Program-made: the position numbers and the translations under genes
Notes under the pieces: model-generated
The model's database searches: none
Told to the model about the DNA's origin: nothing
The model's input: only the letters and a program-made list of their open reading frames with translations
Assembly: GCA_002780005.1 (NCBI GenBank)
Contig: PEWV01000032.1
Span: 8,123 to 72,122 of the forward strand
Direction: 5' to 3'
Origin: Candidatus Aquitaenariimonas noxiae
Lineage (GTDB): Bacteria; Omnitrophota; Gorgyraeia; Aquitaenariimonadales; Aquitaenariimonadaceae
DNA length: 64,000 nt
In this document: piece by piece, positions 21,302-30,579 of the stretch
Layout of the letters: the number at the start of each line of letters is the position of its first letter
Numbering within the stretch: position 1 is the stretch's first letter

Positions 21302-21898
21302 ATGAGTATCTTGATACCAATGGTGGTTGAGCAGACCGGAAGGGCGGAAAGGGCATACGATATCTATTCGCGCTTATTAAAAGATAGGATTGTTTTTATA
21401 GGCACTCCAATAGACGACAACGTTTCCAATATAGTCATTGCGCAACTTTTATTCCTTCAGATGGAGGACCCGGAAAAGGATATTAATATTTATATAAATA
21501 CCCCGGGCGGATCGGTTACAAGCGGTCTGGCAGTTTACGACACAATACAATTTATAAAACCGGATGTTAACACATACTGCATGGGCCAGGCTACCAGCAT
21601 GGGTGCCTTATTGCTCGCTGCAGGGACGAAAGGCAAAAGATACGCGTTACCGCATGCTAGGATCATGATCCACCAGCCTTGGGGAGGAGTGCAAGGCCAG
21701 GCGTCCGACATAGGGATACAGGCAAAAGAGATTTTGCGGTTGCGGGAAAAGATAAACGAACTTTTGGCTAAACATACAGGTCAGCCGATTGACAAGATCC
21801 AAAAGGACACCGATAGAGACTACTTCATGAGCGCGGATGAAGCCAAATTGTACGGCCTAGTGGACGATGTTGTAGTATCTATAAAGGCAAAGAAATAG
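21302..21898 (+). CDS. clpP: ATP-dependent Clp protease proteolytic subunit
   Basis: Ser-His-Asp triad context ([11 protein letters not shown]...HQP) is present. AGGAGG sits 5 nt upstream of the ATG at 21302. Confidence 0.95.
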   Translation: MSILIPMVVEQTGRAERAYDIYSRLLKDRIVFIGTPIDDNVSNIVIAQLLFLQMEDPEKDINIYINTPGGSVTSGLAVYDTIQFIKPDVNTYCMGQATSMGALLLAAGTKGKRYALPHARIMIHQPWGGVQGQASDIGIQAKEILRLREKINELLAKHTGQPIDKIQKDTDRDYFMSADEAKLYGLVDDVVVSIKAKK

Positions 21899-21922
21899 TA
21901 CTTAAGGAGATTCGTAACGGCT

Positions 21923-23236
21923 GTGAAAGATAAAGATTTGATCATAGGGGCCGGGATATCCGGCCTTTCTTGCGCCTGGGTTTTAAAGGACCGATGTATT
22001 GTTTTGGAAAAAGACGCCACTATAGGTGGCTTGGCGAAAACAAAGAAATTTAATGCCTTCCGATCCGATCTCGGAGGCCATAGGTTTTTTACAAAAAATG
22101 TAAATATAGAAAATTTTGTGCAAGACCTTATAAAAGGCGACTTGCTTAAGATACAGCGCAAAAGTAAAATATATCGAAACAAAAAATTTATAGATTATCC
22201 CTTAAAGGCCTCGGTCGCGCTTCATTTAAACCCCTTGGATGTTTTAATTTCTTTCTTTACCTATCTATTAAGGCGTATAAAACCCCTGCCCGAAGTCTCC
22301 TTTGAAGATGCCTCAAAAAATCGTTTCGGAGATAGGCTTTATGAGTTATTTTTTAAAGTTTATACGGAAAAGATATGGGGGGTCAGATGCGATAAGCTTT
22401 CAAAAGAATTTGTAGATGCAAGATTGCAGAATATTTCTCTAAAGCGGGTTATCATGCATGCCTTGCTGTCGAAACAAAAGGATATAAAATCTTTTGCCGA
22501 TGTTTTTATATATCCCAAAATGGGTATAAACGAGATAACCGAGGCGCTCTCGAAAGATCTAGAAATAAGGCTAAATTCGGAAGTAACCGGTTTTGTTCTT
22601 TCGAAAGATCGCATAGAAAAGGTGATCTTGAATAATTCTCATGAAACGGAATGCAAAAATGTTATCTCCACCATGCCCCTTACGGATTTGACAAGGCTTC
22701 TTGAGCCTCCTGAGGAGATCTGGGATAGCTTGAAAAGTTTGAAATTTAGAAGTTTGATCTATGTATTTTTGATATTGAAGAGAAAGAAATATAGCGATAA
22801 TCACTGGATATATTTTCCTGGCCCTCAGATTTTTGGAAGGCTTCACGAGCCGAAAAATTGGTCGCCTTTCATGGCACCGGAAGATAAAACAGGGGTCGGA
22901 GTAGAGGTATTTTGCTTCGAAAATGACGATGTCTGGAAAATGTCCGACCTGGAAATAGCCCATCAGGCTATAATGGAGCTGCCTCTTTTAAAAAAATTTG
23001 AAGTAGAAAACCATTTTGTAACTAGAATTGAAAATGCTTATCCTTTGTATGAAGTTGGGTATAAAGAAAAATTAGATAAAATTAAAAAGTTTTTGTCTTC
23101 ATATAGTAACCTCTTTATTTTAGGAAGGACAGGTTCCTTTAGTTATATCAATATGGATGCCTGCATTGAAGAAGGGTTGAAATTGGGATGTTTCTTAAAC
23201 AATGTTCCCGCTAAAGAAACCCCGACATTTATATAG
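21923..23236 (+). CDS. FAD/NAD(P)-binding oxidoreductase (amine-oxidase / UDP-galactopyranose-mutase-like fold), paralogue 1
   Basis: N-terminal dinucleotide-binding motif (IIGAGISGLSCAW...EKDATIGGL). It is paralogous to the ORF at 33432-34763 (shared GGL...D.GGH.FF and WIYFP blocks). Confidence 0.6.
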   Translation: MKDKDLIIGAGISGLSCAWVLKDRCIVLEKDATIGGLAKTKKFNAFRSDLGGHRFFTKNVNIENFVQDLIKGDLLKIQRKSKIYRNKKFIDYPLKASVALHLNPLDVLISFFTYLLRRIKPLPEVSFEDASKNRFGDRLYELFFKVYTEKIWGVRCDKLSKEFVDARLQNISLKRVIMHALLSKQKDIKSFADVFIYPKMGINEITEALSKDLEIRLNSEVTGFVLSKDRIEKVILNNSHETECKNVISTMPLTDLTRLLEPPEEIWDSLKSLKFRSLIYVFLILKRKKYSDNHWIYFPGPQIFGRLHEPKNWSPFMAPEDKTGVGVEVFCFENDDVWKMSDLEIAHQAIMELPLLKKFEVENHFVTRIENAYPLYEVGYKEKLDKIKKFLSSYSNLFILGRTGSFSYINMDACIEEGLKLGCFLNNVPAKETPTFI

Positions 23237-23335
23237 TAGGAATTGATACAAAATCATATAAAAGCTTAAACGCGTATCGTTATTCATTTAGCCTAGATTA
23301 AGCACAACAAAATTGATAGAACGAAAGGTATATTA

Positions 23336-24319
23336 ATGAATTGGTCAAAAAAAGTATTATTAATAACTGGTGGCACAGGTTCGTTTGGTCAGAAATTTGC
23401 CGAATTCATGCTGAAAAAGTACAAACCAAAAACGATAAGGGTATTCAGCCGGGACGAACTAAAGCAATGGGAGATGGCGAAAAAATTTAATAATAACTCA
23501 CAGATAAGATTTTTCATTGGTGATGTTAGGGAAAGAGATAGACTAGAACGGGCAATGGATGGTGCAGATATTGTCGTTCACGCCGCAGCCTTAAAACAGG
23601 TGCCTTTATGTGAATATAATCCCTTTGAAGCAGTAAAGACCAATATACTTGGCGCTCAGAATGTGATAAATGCAGCCATAGACTGCAATGTCGAAAAGAT
23701 AATAGCAATAAGTACAGATAAAGCAGTTAATCCAGTAAATTTATATGGTGCAACCAAGATGTGTATGGAAAAATTGTTTGTTGCTGCAAATTCTTACGTG
23801 GGGGACAAACATCGGACACGGATGAGTTGCGCTAGATATGGAAATGTCGTAGGTTCACGGGGGAGCGTTATACTCTTATTTGAAGAACAGAAATTAACTG
23901 GCACAATTACTGTTACTGATAAAAAAATGACTCGTTTCTGGATTGGTTTAGAACAAGGCGTAAAATTTGTAATTAGATGTATCGAAAAAATGTATGGAGG
24001 CGAAATTTTTGTACCAAAAATTTCCAGTATGAGGATTGTTGATGTGGCCAAAATAATGGCACCAAACTGTAAAATTAAATATGTTGGAATTAGACCAGGA
24101 GAGAAAATCCACGAGTGCCTCCTTACAGAAGATGAGGCAAGACACGCCGTAGAGTATAATGATTTTTTTGTAATTATACCTGGTAGTTCACTGTGGCCTT
24201 ATGAGAATTACTATGAAGATGGTAAAAAACTCCTTGATGGCTTCAGATATACCAGTGATTCCAATAAACGCCAGCTCACTAAAAAAGAATTGGAAAAAAT
24301 ATTAAAAGGATTGAAATGA
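23336..24319 (+). CDS. pseB: UDP-N-acetylglucosamine 4,6-dehydratase (inverting), PseB/FlaA1
   Basis: LITGGTGSFG Rossmann motif, YxxxK in an SDR-extended fold, and about 327 aa with a PseB-like N-terminus (KKYKPKTIRVFSRDELKQWEM). Confidence 0.85.
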   Translation: MNWSKKVLLITGGTGSFGQKFAEFMLKKYKPKTIRVFSRDELKQWEMAKKFNNNSQIRFFIGDVRERDRLERAMDGADIVVHAAALKQVPLCEYNPFEAVKTNILGAQNVINAAIDCNVEKIIAISTDKAVNPVNLYGATKMCMEKLFVAANSYVGDKHRTRMSCARYGNVVGSRGSVILLFEEQKLTGTITVTDKKMTRFWIGLEQGVKFVIRCIEKMYGGEIFVPKISSMRIVDVAKIMAPNCKIKYVGIRPGEKIHECLLTEDEARHAVEYNDFFVIIPGSSLWPYENYYEDGKKLLDGFRYTSDSNKRQLTKKELEKILKGLK

Positions 24320-25473
24320 AGCGTATTCCTTATGGATGGCATACCATTGATAAAGAAGACATCAAGGCAGTAGTAGAGGTATTACAATCGAAACGGCTTA
24401 CGCAGGGCCCTACAATAAAAGAATTTGAAGAAGCTCTTTGCAAATATACGGGCGCTCAATATGCGGTGGCGGCATCAAGCGGAACGGCGGCGTTACACCT
24501 CGCTTGCATTGCAACAGAAATAAAAAAGACAGACGAGATAATAACTTCCCCCATAACTTTTGTTGCTTCAGCAAATTGCGCAGTATATTGTGGTGGAACG
24601 CCAGTATTTGCAGATATTCAGCCAGATACGGTAACCATTGACCCGCAAGAAATAAAAAAAAAGATTACCAAAAGAACAAAAGCTATAATTCCTGTCCATT
24701 TTTCTGGCCACCCTTGTGACTTAAGAGAAATTAAAGATATTGCAAAAAGATATAATTTAATAATTATCGAAGATGCCTGTCACGCATTAGGTGCGGAATA
24801 CAGAGGTACGAAAATCGGTTCCTGTACGTATTCAGACATGACGGTTTTTAGTTTTCATCCCATAAAATCAATTACCACCGGTGAAGGCGGCGCTGTTTTA
24901 ACTAATAGAAAAGATTTATATGAAAAACTCTTGCTGTTGCGGAATCATGGTATTACGAAAGAGAATTCAGAATTCAGAATTCAGAATTCAAAATTAATTG
25001 ACCCATGGTACTATGAAATGCAAGAGCTTGGTTTTAATTATAGAATTACTGATTTTCAATGCGCCTTAGGAATAGCCCAGTTAAAAAAAATAGATTCATT
25101 TTTACAGAAAAGAAGGAGAATAGCCGCTATTTATAATAGAGAATTGTTACACATCGAAGGCATCAACCTGCCAATAGAAAAACCATATGTAAAATCATCT
25201 TGGCATCTGTATTGTATAAGACTTAGTAACACAACTCAAAGAAGATTTGTATTTAATAGGTTGCAACAATCGGGCATCGGCGTTCAAGTCCATTATATCC
25301 CTGTCCATCTCCAGCCTTATTATAGAAAAAATTTTGGCTACAAAAAGAATGATTATCCAAAGGCAGAAGACTATTATAAGACCACAATTACTATCCCGCT
25401 GTTTCCGCGTTTGGATATAACTGCCGTTCACCGTATCATTTCTAAAATAAAAAAAGTTGTGAAAAATGCTTAA
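24316..25473 (+). CDS. pseC: DegT/DnrJ/EryC1-family PLP aminotransferase, PseC-like (UDP-4-amino-4,6-dideoxy-N-acetyl-beta-L-altrosamine transaminase)
   Basis: DegT-family signature (KRLTQGPTIKEFEEALCKYTGAQYAVAASSGTAALHLA) and a PLP-lysine region (FSFHPIKSITTGEGGAV). It overlaps the pseB stop. Confidence 0.85.
   Translation: MKRIPYGWHTIDKEDIKAVVEVLQSKRLTQGPTIKEFEEALCKYTGAQYAVAASSGTAALHLACIATEIKKTDEIITSPITFVASANCAVYCGGTPVFADIQPDTVTIDPQEIKKKITKRTKAIIPVHFSGHPCDLREIKDIAKRYNLIIIEDACHALGAEYRGTKIGSCTYSDMTVFSFHPIKSITTGEGGAVLTNRKDLYEKLLLLRNHGITKENSEFRIQNSKLIDPWYYEMQELGFNYRITDFQCALGIAQLKKIDSFLQKRRRIAAIYNRELLHIEGINLPIEKPYVKSSWHLYCIRLSNTTQRRFVFNRLQQSGIGVQVHYIPVHLQPYYRKNFGYKKNDYPKAEDYYKTTITIPLFPRLDITAVHRIISKIKKVVKNA
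24963..24990 (+). repeat. Perfect heptanucleotide tandem repeat (GAATTCA)x4 inside the pseC coding sequence
   Basis: Seen directly at 24963-24990. It encodes NSEFRIQNS. The unit length is not a multiple of 3. Confidence 0.8.
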
Positions 25474-26470
25474 AGAATGGGACATAAGGCCAGAAAAAGC
25501 AGCACAACTACTAAATAGGTTGAGATTACAAGATATAAAGTCGCATTTTCTTGATGATAAAGGTAATATCATAAATAGTTACTTTCTGGAAGTTAAATGT
25601 CCTGCCTGCGGGAAGAGACGAAACTCTCAAAAGTTTAAAAAGGAAAGTTTCAGTTTTAAATGCTGCAGTAATTGCGGTACTTTGTATGTATCGCCAAGGC
25701 CTAAACCGCCTAAACTGCATGAATACTATAGGGATTCGGGATCAATCGCATTTTTTATTAAGGAGATTTTAGAAAAAACAGCCAAAGCCCGTAAAGAGAA
25801 AATTTTACTTCCTAAAGCCAAAAAAGCAATTTTTTATTTGAAAAAGTTTAGAGTTTCACGAAAACTATTGGTTGAAATTGGTGGCGGAAATGGGTTATTT
25901 CTTGAAACTATGAAAGAAATACGATCTGGGTTTAAAAGATATCTGAATATTGAACCATCCAAAGAAGGCGCGCGTTTAACGCAGAATAGGGGCTTCGACG
26001 TAATAGAAGACATTATTGAAAATGTAAAAGATTTGCATGCTGATTGTATTTGCGCTTTTGAACTTATCGAACATCTTTTCGACCCCCTTAGTTTTTGTAT
26101 TAAGATTAAAAGATTACTTAATAAAAATGGGATTTTTATATTGACTACTCCAAGCACAGAGGGTTTAGATCTCATGCTTTTGGGCAGAGATTCTGATAAT
26201 ATCAGCGCACCAAATCATCTAAATTATTTCAATATTCACTCGATTGAGATTTTACTTAAAAGGGCAGGATTAAAGACAGTCGCTATAGAAACGCCAGGCG
26301 TTTTAGATATAGATATTCTTAAAAACAAGGTTGTCAATGGTTATAAACTTGAAGATAGATACATTTCATTCTTACTAAAGCAACCCAACGAAGTTTTAGA
26401 AAAATTTCAGCTGTTTTTGCAACAAAATAAATTGAGCAGCCATATGTTTGTTGTAAATAAGAAAATATAA
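25466..26470 (+). CDS. Class I SAM-dependent methyltransferase with an N-terminal Cys4 zinc ribbon
   Basis: CPACG...CSNCG zinc ribbon, then the SAM-binding motif I (LVEIGGGNGLF) and an acidic motif II (ELIEHLFDP). Confidence 0.7.
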   Translation: MLKEWDIRPEKAAQLLNRLRLQDIKSHFLDDKGNIINSYFLEVKCPACGKRRNSQKFKKESFSFKCCSNCGTLYVSPRPKPPKLHEYYRDSGSIAFFIKEILEKTAKARKEKILLPKAKKAIFYLKKFRVSRKLLVEIGGGNGLFLETMKEIRSGFKRYLNIEPSKEGARLTQNRGFDVIEDIIENVKDLHADCICAFELIEHLFDPLSFCIKIKRLLNKNGIFILTTPSTEGLDLMLLGRDSDNISAPNHLNYFNIHSIEILLKRAGLKTVAIETPGVLDIDILKNKVVNGYKLEDRYISFLLKQPNEVLEKFQLFLQQNKLSSHMFVVNKKI

Positions 26471-26537
26471 ATCTATATGCACAAGACAGCTCTTTTAAGA
26501 AACACATTGAGATATAGAAATATCAAGGGATATTAAA

Positions 26538-27668
26538 ATGAAGCATTGCAAGAAATGCTTGATGCCCGATACGAGGCCCGGCTCCATCTTCGATGCAGAA
26601 GGTATTTGCCAGGCCTGCCGGAATTATGAGGAGAGAAAAAAAGTAAATTGGGAAGCAAGAAAAAAAGAGTTGCGTAGACTTTGCGATACTTACAGAAGAG
26701 ATGATGGCTATTACGATTGTATTATTCCTGTGAGCGGAGGTAAAGACAGCCATTTTCTTGTTCATACGATGAAGGTAGAAATGGGCATGAACCCAATTCT
26801 AATAACCGTAGGAGATCCGTTTACTAAAACAGAGGCAGGGGTAAGAAATTTTAAGAATTTAGGGGATACATTTAACTGTGACCATGTTTTATTCAATATA
26901 AGTGCCAATCTATTCAGAAGAGTTACGAAAATAGCATTTGAAGAGTTTGGAGAGCCTCTACGATTTGTGGAAACAGCAATATATACCGTTCCTTTCAAGT
27001 TAGCTGTTACATTAGAGGTGCCATTGATTATATTTGGAGAAAATTTTGCCTATGAATATGGGACCACGGATAAAGACGGCTACGCTGCAACGGGATATAT
27101 ATTCCAAATGTTTAAAAAAATAGATACTAATTTGTGGTTACAAAAAGGTATATCCAAGAAAGAATTTAATGCCATCACGCCACCCACAGATGAAGGATTG
27201 AGAAAGGTTAGACCCGAAGCGGTTTTTATGAGCTATTTTAGCCCTTGGAGTAGCATAACTCATCTTGAAGTTGCGAAAAGATATGGATTTAGAGATTTGA
27301 CGTATGAATGGAAAAGAGAAGGATGCGTTGAAGATTTTGAACAAATAGATTCGATGGGCTATATGGTACATTTGTGGATGAAGTACCCCAAATTTGGATT
27401 TCAGAGAACCTCTGATATCGTAAGCAGGCGCTTAAGAGAAGAAAGGCTCAGTTTGCCAGAGGCTAAGGAACTCATCATGCTCAATGACCACAAGTTAGAC
27501 AGACGCGCAATGGAAGATTTTATAAGTTTTTTAGGGTACACTCCAAAACAATTTTGGGAGATAGTTGATAAATTTTGGAACCGCGAAATATTTGAAAAAG
27601 TCGATGATGCATGGCGCTTAAAAGATTCTGCATATAAAGACGCAGCTCCAAGAGCAAAAAATGGTTAA
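26538..27668 (+). CDS. pseA: PP-loop N-acetyl-sugar amidotransferase (PseA/WbuX/LfnA family)
   Basis: N-terminal CxxC...CxxC and the PP-loop SGGKDS motif, at a length of about 375 aa. This is the family that forms acetamidino derivatives of nonulosonic/hexosaminuronic sugars. Confidence 0.7.
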   Translation: MKHCKKCLMPDTRPGSIFDAEGICQACRNYEERKKVNWEARKKELRRLCDTYRRDDGYYDCIIPVSGGKDSHFLVHTMKVEMGMNPILITVGDPFTKTEAGVRNFKNLGDTFNCDHVLFNISANLFRRVTKIAFEEFGEPLRFVETAIYTVPFKLAVTLEVPLIIFGENFAYEYGTTDKDGYAATGYIFQMFKKIDTNLWLQKGISKKEFNAITPPTDEGLRKVRPEAVFMSYFSPWSSITHLEVAKRYGFRDLTYEWKREGCVEDFEQIDSMGYMVHLWMKYPKFGFQRTSDIVSRRLREERLSLPEAKELIMLNDHKLDRRAMEDFISFLGYTPKQFWEIVDKFWNREIFEKVDDAWRLKDSAYKDAAPRAKNG

Positions 27669-28302
27669 GGTTACCGTGCAGTTGAAAAAGTGGAAAAATA
27701 AGGTTGGTAAAGAGTATACCGATAGAAATAGTATTTCTTTAAATGATTTAGAAAAATTATACAAAAGCAATTTTGGAATAACCAGAACGGAATTGAATAA
27801 ATTATTTTTAGGTAGAATGGGTAGGGCTATTCGAATTCTCGAAGTAGGCTGTAATATCGGGAATCAGTTGCTTTGTTTGCAAAAAATGGGTTTTAAAAAT
27901 TTATATGGAATTGAACCGCAGGATTATGCAGTAGAAATTTCTAAAAAAAGAACTAAGGGCGTCAATATTATCAAAGGCGATGTTTTCGATATGCCATTTA
28001 AAGATAATTATTTTGATCTTATTTTTACCTCAGGTGTGCTTATACACATTAGTCGAAAACACATAACAAAAGCAATAAAAGAAATTTATAGGTGTAGCCG
28101 TAAATACATCTGGGGGTACGAGTATTATTCAAAAAAACGCAGAGAGATTCCGTTTAGAGGCAAAAGAAATTTCCTCTGGAAGGCAAATTTTATTGAGATT
28201 TATACAGATATTTTTCCTGATTTAAAACTCATAAAAGTTAAGTACCTCAAATATCTGAAAAACGATAATATGGATACAATGTTTCTTTTTAAGAAGGTTT
28301 AA
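27661..28302 (+). CDS. Class I SAM-dependent methyltransferase (pseudaminic-acid-biosynthesis-associated methylase type)
   Basis: Motif I (ILEVGCNIGNQL) and motif II/III (FDLIFTSGVLIHI) in an approximately 210 aa protein embedded in the pse operon. Confidence 0.7.
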   Translation: MVKVTVQLKKWKNKVGKEYTDRNSISLNDLEKLYKSNFGITRTELNKLFLGRMGRAIRILEVGCNIGNQLLCLQKMGFKNLYGIEPQDYAVEISKKRTKGVNIIKGDVFDMPFKDNYFDLIFTSGVLIHISRKHITKAIKEIYRCSRKYIWGYEYYSKKRREIPFRGKRNFLWKANFIEIYTDIFPDLKLIKVKYLKYLKNDNMDTMFLFKKV

Positions 28303-28308
28303 TAGCCG

Positions 28309-29172
28309 ATGAAAGTAGGAGCTATAATTCAAGCAAGAATGTCTTCGACAAGATTACCAGGTAAAGTTTTGAAAGAACTTCCTTATAATAGCGGCATTAC
28401 CGTCTTAGAGCAAGTAATTAGAAGATTAAAAAAGTCTAAAAACCTAAAGAAGATCGTAGTTGCTACTACAACTGAAAAAAGCGACAAGGTAATTATTAAT
28501 ATTGCAAAAAAAGAAAATATAAGATGTTTTAGGGGAAGCAAAGAAGATGTTTTGTCAAGATATTATTTTGCTGCTAAAGAGAACGATTTGGATGTTGTCG
28601 TAAGAATAACGGGTGACTGCCCTTGTGTCGATCCAGAAATCGTAGATTTAATTATAACAAAACATATAGAAGCCGAAGCCGATTTTACTACAAATTGCTT
28701 TAAAAGAACATATCCGCATGGATTAGATGTGGAATCATTTAACTTTAATATATTGAAAGAGGCCCATGCGAACGCTCATAACGCTTACGAGAAAGAACAT
28801 GTAACCCCCCATATTTATGGAAACCCCAATGTGTATAATATTATTCAAGTAGAAGCTCCTCGGGATCTTTATGCGCCTAAAATACGAATAACATTAGATA
28901 CCGAAGAAGATTACGCATTATTATGTGTGATATTTGACCACCTTTATATAAAAAATGAATATTTTAACGCTTATGATATCGTAAATCTTTTCAAAGAAAA
29001 ACCTTGGCTTTGTCTGATAAATAAAAAAAGCCTACAGAAGAAAGCATATAATTCATTTAAGGAAGAATGTCAACAAGCTATTAAAGCACTCGATTTACAT
29101 GGTCTAAAAAGAGTCAGCAATTTTCTTAGAAAACAATTGAATGAAGATCATAATCTTAACCGAAGGCGGTAA
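28309..29172 (+). CDS. pseF: SpsF/PseF-type cytidylyltransferase (CMP-pseudaminic acid synthetase-like)
   Basis: N-terminal nucleotidyltransferase motif (AIIQARMSSTRLPGKVLKEL) of the acylneuraminate cytidylyltransferase superfamily. Confidence 0.75.
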   Translation: MKVGAIIQARMSSTRLPGKVLKELPYNSGITVLEQVIRRLKKSKNLKKIVVATTTEKSDKVIINIAKKENIRCFRGSKEDVLSRYYFAAKENDLDVVVRITGDCPCVDPEIVDLIITKHIEAEADFTTNCFKRTYPHGLDVESFNFNILKEAHANAHNAYEKEHVTPHIYGNPNVYNIIQVEAPRDLYAPKIRITLDTEEDYALLCVIFDHLYIKNEYFNAYDIVNLFKEKPWLCLINKKSLQKKAYNSFKEECQQAIKALDLHGLKRVSNFLRKQLNEDHNLNRRR

Positions 29173-30094
29173 AAATATAGGTTTTGGTCATATCGCGAGA
29201 TGTCATTCTTTATATCAGGCCTTCCGCGAAAATGGATATTCACCAGAACTTATAATATTTAGCGATAATAGCATTGAAGGATTGTTAGACCACGCCCAGT
29301 ACCAAATCGTAAACTGGCTTAAAAAGCCCCATATTGTTTTTCAACTATTAAAAAGTGCTACCATGGCTATTATTGATTCCTACTTAGCAAAGAAATCTCT
29401 ATATTATAAAATTTCAGAGATAATGAATGGCAGGGTGGTAGCAATAGATGATTATAATAGAGTGGAATATCCAGCTGGAATTGTGCTTAATCCTTCTCTA
29501 TATGGCAATCGATTACATTATTCCAAAAGAGAAGGCGTAACATATCTATTGGGAAAAGATTATATACTGCTGCGAAGAGCTTTTTGGAATATCCCAAAGA
29601 AACACATTAATAGAAAAATTAGAAATATTTTAATTACCTTTGGCGGAACCAACCGCCATCGCTTGATTAACACAGTAACCCATTTTCTTAAAGAAGAATT
29701 TAACTGTAACTTCTACACTATTGGACCCCAGAAAAACATACATGACGCTCATGGCACGCTTAATTTAATGCTAAAAGCCGATATCTGCATTTCCGGCGGT
29801 GGCCAGACTATTCATGAATTAGCACGAGTTGGAGTGCCTACAATTGGAATCTGTTTTGCTGAAAACCAAAGGTATAGCTTACAAGAATGGCGCGATAGAG
29901 GATTTATTGAATATATAGGTTGGCATAAGAATAAGAAACTGTTATCTGATTTATCGAAGGGCATTAAGAAACTCAAGTCCCATAAGAAAAGATGTCAGCA
30001 ACATAAAATAGGAAAAGCGCTTGTGGACGGGAAGGGCGCAATGAGATTATTAAAAGTATTGGCTAATAAAAGATGGATAGGAAATATAGGTTGA
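29141..30094 (+). CDS. pseG: UDP-2,4-diacetamido-2,4,6-trideoxy-beta-L-altropyranose hydrolase PseG
   Basis: PseG signature (GGKNIGFGHIARC), a GT-B-like C-terminus (ISGGGQTIHELARVGVPTI), and a position between pseF and pseH. Confidence 0.8.
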   Translation: MKIIILTEGGKNIGFGHIARCHSLYQAFRENGYSPELIIFSDNSIEGLLDHAQYQIVNWLKKPHIVFQLLKSATMAIIDSYLAKKSLYYKISEIMNGRVVAIDDYNRVEYPAGIVLNPSLYGNRLHYSKREGVTYLLGKDYILLRRAFWNIPKKHINRKIRNILITFGGTNRHRLINTVTHFLKEEFNCNFYTIGPQKNIHDAHGTLNLMLKADICISGGGQTIHELARVGVPTIGICFAENQRYSLQEWRDRGFIEYIGWHKNKKLLSDLSKGIKKLKSHKKRCQQHKIGKALVDGKGAMRLLKVLANKRWIGNIG

Positions 30095-30579
30095 AAATAA
30101 GAGAAGCAACAATGGAAGATTGTTATGATATGTGGATATGGAGGAATCGTCCAGCAGTAAGGAAATGGTGTTTTGATGCAAAAAAGATTAGTTATAAATC
30201 CCATAAAGAGTGGTTTGGAAAAGCGCATAATGACAAATATGTAAGAATATATATTGTTGAGAATGTAAAGAAAGAAAAAATAGGAACCGTGAGGTTTAAA
30301 ATAAAAATAAATAGACAAAATTGCGCCTATCTTAGTGTTTATCTAAACTCTCTTTTCTTGGGAAAAGGTTTTGGTCATAGGATTGTTAAAAAAGCTACTG
30401 ATTTTTTTCTCAAAGAGAAAGAGGGGGTTACGCATATTATCGCTGAAGTCTTTGAAGACAATATCGCCTCGCAGAGGGTATTTGAAAAAGCAAGTTATGT
30501 TTTAGTGAAAAGAATGACAAAGCAGAATAAGAAAATAAAAGTTTTTATGTATGAAAGAGGCTATGGATTTGGATATTAA
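30073..30579 (+). CDS. pseH: GNAT N-acetyltransferase PseH (UDP-4-amino-4,6-dideoxy-N-acetyl-beta-L-altrosamine N-acetyltransferase)
   Basis: GNAT fold motifs (LGKGFGHRIVK) in an approximately 165 aa protein located between pseG and pseI. Confidence 0.75.
   Translation: MDRKYRLKIREATMEDCYDMWIWRNRPAVRKWCFDAKKISYKSHKEWFGKAHNDKYVRIYIVENVKKEKIGTVRFKIKINRQNCAYLSVYLNSLFLGKGFGHRIVKKATDFFLKEKEGVTHIIAEVFEDNIASQRVFEKASYVLVKRMTKQNKKIKVFMYERGYGFGY

Noticed and set aside
24438-24641. 67-aa + strand ORF inside pseC, and similar small internal ORFs in bamD (5129-5581, minus), pseB, and the GT4 gene (36399-36608, minus)
   Set aside because: They are embedded in, or antisense to, well-supported enzyme genes, and are basic or low-complexity. 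They are alternative-frame artefacts.
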